A stretch of 64,000 bases of DNA, taken from NCBI GenBank assembly GCA_031364845.1, contig JANLWX010000018.1, positions 1 to 64,000 of the forward strand, in the 5' to 3' direction. Positions 56,535 through 64,000 of the stretch are shown one piece after another. The notes under the pieces are model-generated. The model had not been told where the DNA came from. It was given only the letters and a program-made list of their open reading frames with translations, and searched no databases. The DNA is from Candidatus Eiseniibacteriota bacterium. GTDB lineage: Bacteria; Eisenbacteria; RBG-16-71-46. A program made the translations under genes and the position numbers. Positions within the stretch are counted from its first letter, which is position 1; each line of letters starts with the position of its first letter.

Positions 56535-58441
56535 GCCGGGCTTCTCAGATCCGCGACCGTCAGGCAGCGCCACGACCGACGCCGCCCGCGGAACTTCTTG
56601 CGCCGCCGGCGGACTCGGCGCTTCGCGACACGGCATGGCTCGTCTGTGGCGGCCTCGCGCTTCTGGTATTGCTGTGGACCTGCCGCGGATATCCGCGTGG
56701 CATTCCGGTCGCTGACGACTACAGCTTCCTCGCGTGGCGCGCGTTCCATCCACTCGACCTGTTTGATTCGATGGGCGCGACGTACTACTGGCGACCGCTG
56801 AGCCGTCAGCTCTACTTCTCCGTGTTCGGCCGCACGCTGCTCGAAGCGCCATGGATCGCGGCATTCGCGCATGCCGGCATGCTGCTTCTTACCTACGCCG
56901 CGCTGTGGCGCATCGCGCGGCGCGGCTTCTCCGCTCCGATCGCGACGGCGATCGCCGTGTTCCCGCTGCTGTCCGAGCCGGCGCGCGCGCTGCTCGCGTG
57001 GCCGAGCGGAGCGCAGCATCTGCTCGCCGGAATGTTCGCGGCACTGGCGCTTCACGAAGCATTTGCCGCGCGCGCGATCACCGCACTCCTCTTCGCGGGA
57101 CTGGGCATGTTGTCCCACGAGTCGGGGGCACTCGCGCTGTGCGCGGTGCCCGCGATCGCCGGGTGGCAACGATATCGCGCCGGGAACGAGGCATCTTCGG
57201 ATGCGCGCCGCATGACACGTCACGTCGCGGCGGCCATGATCGGGGCGCTCGCGATCGGCGCGCTGTGGGTGTTCGGCTACAGGACCGCGCAGGTGCACGG
57301 CGTCGCGTTGCCACCTCGAGCGCCGGAAGGTCTTTCGCTCTTGCGCCTCGCCGATCTCGGTTCGCGCGCGATCCCGGCCGCGCTCGATCTCGAAGACCTC
57401 GCGCCGGTCGCGCGCACCACGCTCTCGATCGGCTACGTGTTGATCGCAGCGCTCGCGCTGATGTGCGTCATCGCGCTGCCCGCGCGCCGCCGGGTTCGCG
57501 CGCTCACGTTCGGTGCTGCGGGACTCGCGTGGTTCGTGCTCGGAGCTCTTCCGCTTTCGCAGTTGCTCCCCGACTGGAACGCGTGGCGCGCATGGTTGCC
57601 GACCCTCGGCCTCGGATTGGGACTGGGCGCGGCGCTCGCGTCCCTGCATCCGGGTCTTGCGATCGGATTCGCGGGATTGCGTCTGGTGGCGCTGGTGTTC
57701 GCTTCGCCTGGCCCGGCGATGGTCGCCATCGCGGCACCCGCGACCCCATCGCACATGTCGTACCGCCGACTGGTTCGGCTCCAGCGCACGGTCGAGTCGA
57801 CTCGGCAAGCCATGCTCGCCATGCACCCGGCGCTGCCACGCGATGCCGCGGTCCGGTTCTGGAACCTGCCGCGGCTCGCCGAAGTCGGCTTTCAGGAGCA
57901 TGCAGCACTGCGCGTGTGGTACCGCGACTCCACGCTCACATGGGGCCGCTTCGGCGGCGTCGGGGGGCTGGACCAGAAAGTCGATGCGCTCGTGGAATAT
58001 CGGGACAACACGGCTGCGCCGGCCCAGGCCCTCGAAAGCCCGGCGTTCGAAGCCTTCCTGCGGGGAGGCAATGCAATGATGGCGGGCCGCCTCGAAGAAG
58101 CCGAAGCCGAGTTCCAGCGCGCCGAGGGCGCAACCCGAACGCGCGGCCTGCTCTACGCCTCGCTCGCGTTCAATCGCTCGTGGCTCGCGGTCGATCGCCG
58201 GGAACCGGCGCGCGCGGAGTCGTTGCTTCGGGTTTCGCGGGAGTCCGGCCAGAAGGCAGATGCCGACTACTGGGCGCTCGTGGCCCGCATCGCCATCGAA
58301 CGCAACAATCGGCCAACCGCGACCGCGGCGCTCTCTCGCTGCCTGGCACTCGAACCCAACCACGTGATGGGGCGCGAGATCGCCCGTGTTCTGGCGGCAA
58401 ACGGAAGCCCGCCGGGCAATGCCGGGGAACAAACGCGTTGA
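56531..58441 (+). CDS. GT-C-like integral membrane glycosyltransferase with C-terminal TPR (paralog of 42430-44517)
   Basis: PVADDYSFL, YWRPLSRQLYF, SHES; many TMs; TPR tail; ATGA overlap with the upstream gene. Confidence 0.7.
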   Translation: MSRASQIRDRQAAPRPTPPAELLAPPADSALRDTAWLVCGGLALLVLLWTCRGYPRGIPVADDYSFLAWRAFHPLDLFDSMGATYYWRPLSRQLYFSVFGRTLLEAPWIAAFAHAGMLLLTYAALWRIARRGFSAPIATAIAVFPLLSEPARALLAWPSGAQHLLAGMFAALALHEAFAARAITALLFAGLGMLSHESGALALCAVPAIAGWQRYRAGNEASSDARRMTRHVAAAMIGALAIGALWVFGYRTAQVHGVALPPRAPEGLSLLRLADLGSRAIPAALDLEDLAPVARTTLSIGYVLIAALALMCVIALPARRRVRALTFGAAGLAWFVLGALPLSQLLPDWNAWRAWLPTLGLGLGLGAALASLHPGLAIGFAGLRLVALVFASPGPAMVAIAAPATPSHMSYRRLVRLQRTVESTRQAMLAMHPALPRDAAVRFWNLPRLAEVGFQEHAALRVWYRDSTLTWGRFGGVGGLDQKVDALVEYRDNTAAPAQALESPAFEAFLRGGNAMMAGRLEEAEAEFQRAEGATRTRGLLYASLAFNRSWLAVDRREPARAESLLRVSRESGQKADADYWALVARIAIERNNRPTATAALSRCLALEPNHVMGREIARVLAANGSPPGNAGEQTR

Positions 58442-58466
58442 CAGGACACCCCCCGAGGCCCCAATC
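58438..58466 (+). promoter_or_regulatory. putative sigma-70 promoter of the his operon
   Basis: TTGACA-N17-CAATCT, ending 8 nt before the leader ATG. Confidence 0.55.
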
Positions 58467-58474
58467 TTCGGCCC

Positions 58475-58540
58475 ATGCAGACGACACACCGGCACCATTC
58501 GCATAGTCATCACGGCCCGACAGGCCGTGGATGCATGTGA
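58475..58540 (+). CDS. hisL: his operon leader peptide
   Basis: MQTTHRHHSHSHHGPTGRGCM*: 6 His codons in a 9-codon stretch, directly upstream of hisG. Confidence 0.88.
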   Translation: MQTTHRHHSHSHHGPTGRGCM

Positions 58541-58590
58541 TTGCCCGGTTGAACGTCTGAACTAGCTCGACCTCGTAACCGCACGAATTC

Positions 58591-58626
58591 ACGGCCTGTC
58601 CCCCAGGGACGGGTCGTTTCTGTTTT
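58591..58626 (+). terminator. his attenuator terminator hairpin
   Basis: ACGGCCTGTCCC-CCA-GGGACGGGTCGT followed by TTCTGTTTT; the 5' arm is complementary to leader segment 58519-58532. Confidence 0.88.
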
Positions 58627-58687
58627 CCCCCCAATAAGATGCCCATGCCGTCGACGACGTCGTCACGGGCCATATCAGGAGTTGTCG

Positions 58688-59554
58688 ATGCTCAGAATCG
58701 CATTGCCCAACAAGGGCCGGCTCGCCGTAGAGACCCGGGAGCTGTTCGAGGACGCCGGCCTAGATGTCCGCCTCACCAGCGATCGCGCGCTCACTGCGTC
58801 GCTCGGCGGCGAGTTCCAGGCGCTGTTCGTGCGCGCCCAGGACATTCCGGTGTTCGTCGCCGACGGCGCCGCCGATGCCGGCGTGACCGGACGCGATCTG
58901 ATCTGCGAGTCCGAGTGCGGGCTCGATTCGCGCATCGACCTCGGCTTCGGGCGCTGCCGCATGGTCGTCGCCACGCGCGAGGACAGCAGCGTGCGATCGG
59001 TCGAGGATCTCGAGGGCCGGCCCCGCGTCGCCACGTCGTTCCCGCGCATCACCCGGCGGTTCTTCGAGGGGCTCGGACGCCCGGTCGAAATCGTTCCCGT
59101 GAGCGGCGCGACCGAAGTGGCTCCGCTGCTCGGCGTCGCCGACATCGTGGTCGACCTCACGTCCACCGGCTCGACGCTGCGGGTGAACGGACTGCGCGAG
59201 ATCGGAACCATCCTCGAATCCACCGCACAGCTCGTCACCGGGCGCGACGCGTTCGCGGACGGCTCCGATCGCGCCCGCGCGCTCGACGAGCTGATCGCCG
59301 CGCTGACATCGGTGCTGCGCGCGCGCGGCAAGCGCTACCTCATGGCGAACGTGCCGCGCGTCGCACTCGAGGACATCAAGCGGGTGCTGCCCGGGCTCAA
59401 CGGCCCGACCGTGGTCGACATCCTGAACCACGGCGCCCACGTCGCCGTGCACGCCGTGGTGCAGGCAGCGGGCATCTATCGCACGATCGCCGAGCTCAAA
59501 TCGCTCGGCGCCGAAGGTATTCTCGTCACCCGCATCGAGAGGCTCATGCCATGA
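58688..59554 (+). CDS. hisG: ATP phosphoribosyltransferase, long form
   Basis: IALPNKGRL, RAQDIP, GVTGRD, GATE, IVDLTSTGSTL; C-terminal regulatory domain. Confidence 0.96.
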   Translation: MLRIALPNKGRLAVETRELFEDAGLDVRLTSDRALTASLGGEFQALFVRAQDIPVFVADGAADAGVTGRDLICESECGLDSRIDLGFGRCRMVVATREDSSVRSVEDLEGRPRVATSFPRITRRFFEGLGRPVEIVPVSGATEVAPLLGVADIVVDLTSTGSTLRVNGLREIGTILESTAQLVTGRDAFADGSDRARALDELIAALTSVLRARGKRYLMANVPRVALEDIKRVLPGLNGPTVVDILNHGAHVAVHAVVQAAGIYRTIAELKSLGAEGILVTRIERLMP

Positions 59555-62100
59555 GAATCTCCGAGGACCGCAAGGAGAACGTCGGGCTTCCGGTCGCGGC
59601 GAGTGCGGCGTTCCTGAGGCGGGCGGCACTGCGCGCGGCACCGGCGTTGCGGTTCACCGGCACGCTCGAAGGCCTCGGCGAATCCGATCGCGCGCGGCTG
59701 CTCGATCGCGGGAACGCATCGGTGAACCCCGCCGTGGCGCAGGTCCGCGCGACCGTCGCGGACATCGTTGTCCGCGTGCGGCGTGACGGTGATGCGGCGT
59801 TGCGCGAACTCGCGCGCGCCTACGATGGCGTCGATCTCCAAAGCTTCGAAGTGCCGCGCCCGGTCATCGATGGGGCACTCGCCGCGCTCGATCCGGCGCT
59901 GCGGTCCGCACTCGAGCGATCGGCGCGCAACCTGCGCCGCTTCCACGCCGCGCAGTTGCCGGCGCCGTTCGAAACCGAGACCGAGCCCGGTATCACGCTC
60001 GGCTGGCGCGCGGAGCCGCTCGATCGGATCGGCGTGTACGCGCCCGGCGGCACCGCGAGCTACCCGAGCAGCGTGCTGATGGCCGCGATCCCCGCGCGGG
60101 TCGCGGGTGTTCGAGAGGTCGTGCTGTGCTCCCCGCCCGATCGCTCCGGAGCGCCCGCGCCCGCCGTGCTCGCGGCCGCCGCGATCGCTGGCGTCGATCG
60201 CGTGTTCGCACTGGGAGGAGCCGGAGCGATTGCAGCACTCGCCTACGGCACGGCGAGCGTGCCCCGCGTCGATCGCATCGTCGGGCCCGGCAATCTCTAT
60301 GTCGCCGCCGCGAAGCTCGCCGTCTCGCGCGACGTGCTGATCGACTCACCGGCCGGGCCGAGCGAGGTCCTCGTGATCGCCGATGCCACCGCCGACCCCG
60401 TGCGCATTGCGCGCGAGTTGCTCGCCCAGGCCGAGCACGACCCGCTCGCGTGCGCCGTGGCGGTGGCTATCGGCGAACGCGTCGCGGTCTCGATCACGGA
60501 CGCGCTCACGGACCTGCTCCGCCGCGAGTCCGATCACGGCGGCCGGAACGACATCGTCGCCGCCGCCTTGAACGACCACGGCGGCGTGCTCGCCGCCGCA
60601 TCGCTCGACGAGGCGATCGCATTCGCCAACGACTACGCGCCCGAGCATCTGCTGCTCGCGATCGCGGAGCCGCGCGCGGCACTCGCGCGCGTGCGCCACG
60701 CGGGGACCGTGTTTCTCGGCGACGGAGCATCGGTCGTGTTCGGCGACTACATGACCGGCGCCAATCATGTGCTGCCCACCGGCGGGACCGCGCGCGCACG
60801 CGCGGGACTCTCGACTTTCGATTTCATTCGCACGACGACCTGGCAGGAGATCAGTGCCGGGGCCGCCGTTCGACTTGCGGACGATGTGGCCTTGTTCGCA
60901 GACGCCGAACGGCTCCCCGCACATTCCGCGGCCGCGCGCGCATTCGCAGGGGGTGAGCTCGCTGATCTCACCGATCTGCCGCACGCGCGCGTCGCGGACC
61001 CGATGGCGGACGAGTCCCGGCACCTGCGCCCGCGCGCGTCTTACGCGGCGATCGCGCTCTACGGCGGCGAACACATTCCGTGCGCGATCGATCTCTCCGA
61101 CAACACGAATGCATTCGGCACTCCGCCCTCGGCGCGCCGCGCAATGCGGAGCGCGCCGCGCGATGCCGCCACGCGCTATCCGTCGGCCTACGCCGACGCG
61201 TTGCGCCGGGAACTCGCGCACTACGCCGGCGTGACGCCGGCCGAGATCGTGACGGGATGCGGATCGGACGACATCCTCGATGCGGCGCTGCGCGCGTTCG
61301 CAGAGCCGGGCGATCGGGTGGCCCACATGGATCCCACGTTCAGCATGGTGCCGGAGTTTGCCCGCATGAACGGTCTCGAGCCGGTCGCAGTGCCGCTCGG
61401 CCCGGACTTCGACGCGGACTCCGACGCGCTGCTCGCGACGCGCGCGCGCGTCATCTATCTATGCTCGCCCAACAATCCGACCGGTACGCGGGTGTCCGCG
61501 CAGGCGATCGAACGCGTGGTGGCCGCTGCCCCAGGCCTCGTGATCCTCGACCGCGCCTACGCCGAGTATTGCGCGCTGGCGCCGCTCGCGGGGATCGCAT
61601 CGGACCGCCTGCTGGTCGTGCGTACGCTGTCCAAGGCGTTCGGGCTCGCGGGGCTGCGGATCGGCTACGGCATCGGGGCGCCTTCGATGATCGAGGCGAT
61701 CGCCAAGGCACGCGGGCCGTACAAGGTGAATGCGATCGCGGAGCGCGCGGCGATCGCGGCACTGACGCACGATCGTGCATGGGTCGAGGCCGGCGTGCGC
61801 GCGGTGCGGCGCAACCGCCACCGTTTCGTGTCCGAGCTTCGATCGCTCGGCTTCGCCCCGCTGCCGTCGCGCGCGAACTTCGTGCTGCTGCCGGTGCCCG
61901 ACGCGGCCCACACCGCAGCGCAGCTGCGGGCTCATGGCATCGCGGTGCGCCCGTTCCATGCGCTCACCGGCATCGGCGATGCACTGCGCATCACGATCGG
62001 TCGCCGGCGCGATCTCGACCGCGTTCGCGACGCGCTCGCGGAACTCGTGGGTGAGCGCGCTCCGGCCGCATCGGGCCCTCCTCCTCAGGAGGCGACGTGA
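59551..62100 (+). CDS. hisD: fused histidinol dehydrogenase / histidinol-phosphate aminotransferase (HisD-HisC)
   Basis: HisD motifs GVYAPGG, GPGN, PAGPSE, QAEHD, APEHL, GDY..GANHVLPT continue without a stop into HisC motifs LSDNTN, GSDD, CSPNNPTG, RTLSKAFGLAGLRIG. Confidence 0.9.
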   Translation: MRISEDRKENVGLPVAASAAFLRRAALRAAPALRFTGTLEGLGESDRARLLDRGNASVNPAVAQVRATVADIVVRVRRDGDAALRELARAYDGVDLQSFEVPRPVIDGALAALDPALRSALERSARNLRRFHAAQLPAPFETETEPGITLGWRAEPLDRIGVYAPGGTASYPSSVLMAAIPARVAGVREVVLCSPPDRSGAPAPAVLAAAAIAGVDRVFALGGAGAIAALAYGTASVPRVDRIVGPGNLYVAAAKLAVSRDVLIDSPAGPSEVLVIADATADPVRIARELLAQAEHDPLACAVAVAIGERVAVSITDALTDLLRRESDHGGRNDIVAAALNDHGGVLAAASLDEAIAFANDYAPEHLLLAIAEPRAALARVRHAGTVFLGDGASVVFGDYMTGANHVLPTGGTARARAGLSTFDFIRTTTWQEISAGAAVRLADDVALFADAERLPAHSAAARAFAGGELADLTDLPHARVADPMADESRHLRPRASYAAIALYGGEHIPCAIDLSDNTNAFGTPPSARRAMRSAPRDAATRYPSAYADALRRELAHYAGVTPAEIVTGCGSDDILDAALRAFAEPGDRVAHMDPTFSMVPEFARMNGLEPVAVPLGPDFDADSDALLATRARVIYLCSPNNPTGTRVSAQAIERVVAAAPGLVILDRAYAEYCALAPLAGIASDRLLVVRTLSKAFGLAGLRIGYGIGAPSMIEAIAKARGPYKVNAIAERAAIAALTHDRAWVEAGVRAVRRNRHRFVSELRSLGFAPLPSRANFVLLPVPDAAHTAAQLRAHGIAVRPFHALTGIGDALRITIGRRRDLDRVRDALAELVGERAPAASGPPPQEAT

Positions 62101-62810
62101 TCGTCACGATCTTCGACTACGGCGCGGGTAATCTGCACTCGCTCGAAAAGGCGCTCGCCCTGAGTGGTCACCGTGTGCGCATCGAACCCGATCCCGAGGC
62201 GGCCCTCGACACCGACGTCCTCGTGCTTCCCGGCGTCGGCGCGTTCGCGAGTGCGGCGGCGCGCCTCGCTCCGGGCCGCATCGCCATGCGCCGCGCGATC
62301 GACCGCGGGCTGCCGTGCCTCGGCATCTGCCTCGGCATGCAGTTGCTGTTCGACGGCAGCGACGAAGGCCCGGGTGCCGGACTCGGCGTGATTCCCGGCC
62401 GCGTCACGCGGCTCGACGCGCCGTGTGTTCCGCACATCGGATGGAACACGATCGAACCCGGCACCTTCACATCCGATCCCTTGTTGCGGCGCGCCCCGCT
62501 CGAGTACGTCTACTATGCTCACAGCTTCGCCTGCCGTCCTGCCGACCCGGCCGTGACGACGGCGTGGAGCCGGCATCACGACGACCACTTTGCGGCGGTC
62601 GTGCGTCAGGGCTCGGCCGTGGGCGTCCAGTTCCATCCCGAGAAGAGTTCGCGCGCCGGCGTGGCTCTGCTGCACGCGTATCTCGCCGCCGCCTGCCTCG
62701 CGCACGACACCGGGACCCCGCTGGGAACGTGCGCCGACATCGATTCCGACGGCCGCAGCACCTTCGACGATCACAGGGCCATGGGCCCGGGGGCGATGCC
62801 ATGCTCGTGA
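62097..62810 (+). CDS. hisH: imidazole glycerol phosphate synthase glutaminase subunit
   Basis: DYGAGNL, LPGVGAF, GICLGMQ, PHIGWN, QFHPEKS. Confidence 0.96.
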   Translation: MIVTIFDYGAGNLHSLEKALALSGHRVRIEPDPEAALDTDVLVLPGVGAFASAAARLAPGRIAMRRAIDRGLPCLGICLGMQLLFDGSDEGPGAGLGVIPGRVTRLDAPCVPHIGWNTIEPGTFTSDPLLRRAPLEYVYYAHSFACRPADPAVTTAWSRHHDDHFAAVVRQGSAVGVQFHPEKSSRAGVALLHAYLAAACLAHDTGTPLGTCADIDSDGRSTFDDHRAMGPGAMPCS

Positions 62811-63529
62811 TTCCCGCGATCGACCTGCGCGATGGCGCGTGTGTCCAGCTCGTCGGCGGCTCCTATGAAAAGGAGCGCGTGCGGCTCGAAGATCCGATGG
62901 CCGCGGCACAACAGTGGCTGGACCACGGCTTCACGAATCTGCACGTCGTCGATCTCGACGCAGCACTCGACCGCGGCTCCAACGCCGCGATCGTCGAGCA
63001 GTTGGCTGCACTCGACGGCGCGCAGGTCCAGGTCGGCGGCGGCATCCGTTCGGGCGGAGCAATCGCGGGCCATCTCAATGCAGGCGCCGAGCGCGTCGTG
63101 GTCGGCACGCGCGCGATCGAGCAACCCGACTGGCTCGCCGCCACCGCGCGCGCGTTTCCCGGCGCGATCGTGGTCGCCGCCGATTCGCACGGGCATCGCG
63201 TCGTGACCCGCGGTTGGACCCGCGAACTGGCGACCGACGTGCGCGACCTCGTTCACGAGTTCTCGCGCCTTCCGCTTGCCGGGGTGCTCGTGACGGCGGT
63301 CCATCGCGAAGGCCGCATGGAAGGCATCGACCTCGAACTCGTGCGTTCGGTGATCGAGCGCTGCTCGCTGCCGCTCTACGTCGCCGGAGGCATCACGACG
63401 CTCGACGACCTGCGAGCGCTGGATGCGGCCGGCGCGCACGCGGCGATCATCGGCATGGCGCTCTACACCGGCACGCTCGATCCGCGGAAAGTCGCGGCCG
63501 AATTCGCTTCGCAGGAGCCACGATCATGA
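62801..63529 (+). CDS. hisA: ProFAR isomerase
   Basis: IPAIDLRDG.CVQL, LHVVDLD, QVGGGIR, AGGI, IIGMALY. Confidence 0.95.
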   Translation: MLVIPAIDLRDGACVQLVGGSYEKERVRLEDPMAAAQQWLDHGFTNLHVVDLDAALDRGSNAAIVEQLAALDGAQVQVGGGIRSGGAIAGHLNAGAERVVVGTRAIEQPDWLAATARAFPGAIVVAADSHGHRVVTRGWTRELATDVRDLVHEFSRLPLAGVLVTAVHREGRMEGIDLELVRSVIERCSLPLYVAGGITTLDDLRALDAAGAHAAIIGMALYTGTLDPRKVAAEFASQEPRS

Positions 63530-64000
63530 TCGAGATCATCCGCAACACCGCCGAGACCGAGCTCACGCTGTCACTCCGGCTGGGGCCCGATCCGGTGTCA
63601 CGCATCGCGACCGGAGTCCGCTTCCTCGACCACATGCTCGAAACGCTCGCGCGCTACGGCGGGTTCGAACTCTCGCTCGCAGCGACCGGCGACCTCAAAC
63701 ATCATCTGATCGAAGACGTCGGCATCGCGTTCGGCCAGGCGGTGCGCCAACTGTCCGAAACGCCCCGCGCGCGCTACGGCGACCGCACCGTTCCGATGGA
63801 CGATGCGCTGGTCCACGTCAGCCTCGATCTCGGCGGGCGCGCGTACTACCGCGGCCCGTTGCCGAGCAGCTATTACGAACACTGGATGCAATCATTCGCG
63901 ATGAACGCTGCGGCCACGCTTCACGTGCGCCCGTTGCGCGGGCGCGACCGCCATCACGTCGTCGAGGCGGCGTTCAAGGCGCTGGGTCTCGCGCTGTCCG
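63526..64000 (+). CDS. hisB: imidazoleglycerol-phosphate dehydratase (partial, runs off the window end)
   Basis: RNTAET, TGVRFLDHML, GDLKHHLIED, PMDDAL, DRHHVVEAAFKA. Confidence 0.95.
   Translation, partial: MIEIIRNTAETELTLSLRLGPDPVSRIATGVRFLDHMLETLARYGGFELSLAATGDLKHHLIEDVGIAFGQAVRQLSETPRARYGDRTVPMDDALVHVSLDLGGRAYYRGPLPSSYYEHWMQSFAMNAAATLHVRPLRGRDRHHVVEAAFKALGLALS

Noticed and set aside
58639..59550. N-terminal 300 aa of the 1153-aa ORF in the track
   Set aside because: Out-of-frame overlap with hisG; the real HisD-HisC start is at or after 59551.

Overview
High-GC bacterial chromosomal window with no rRNA, tRNA or CRISPR array seen. The FG-GAP/FlgD-type protein and overall gene content suggest a Candidatus Eisenbacteria/FCB-related lineage (inference only). 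Left part, mostly minus strand: partial CBM9/DUF5916 protein, FkbM methyltransferase, Ser/Thr kinase-TPR, psuG, a SAM methyltransferase, ATP-dependent DNA ligase, a truncated DUF6265 remnant, a DUF4331 gene pair, a SEC-C protein, btpA-pfkB, a 14-repeat FG-GAP protein and a VKOR/DsbA-ubiA-ubiX-ubiD cluster. Centre: lexA followed by an IS200-like Y1 HUH protein, then the origin-type cluster rpmH-rnpA-yidD-yidC-jag-mnmE-mnmG-rsmG-parA-parB-bactofilin with two parS sites but no dnaA, then a GAF histidine kinase, ECF sigma and FecR-type anti-sigma. Right part, plus strand: GT-C/TPR membrane protein, esterase, ABC transporter, MFS, queE-queC-queD, epimerase, transglycosylase, a second GT-C/TPR protein and a his operon running off the end. 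Best leads: (1) the palindrome TGCAC-N4-GTGCA sits in both the lexA promoter and just upstream of the adjacent TnpA-like gene, which keeps HUH but appears to lack the catalytic Tyr, suggesting an SOS-regulated domesticated transposase; (2) an unannotated His-rich leader peptide with a complete attenuator; (3) an in-frame HisD-HisC fusion; (4) a sigma-54-type promoter followed by a five-hairpin leader; (5) long hexapeptide-repeat disordered regions on RsmG and Jag.
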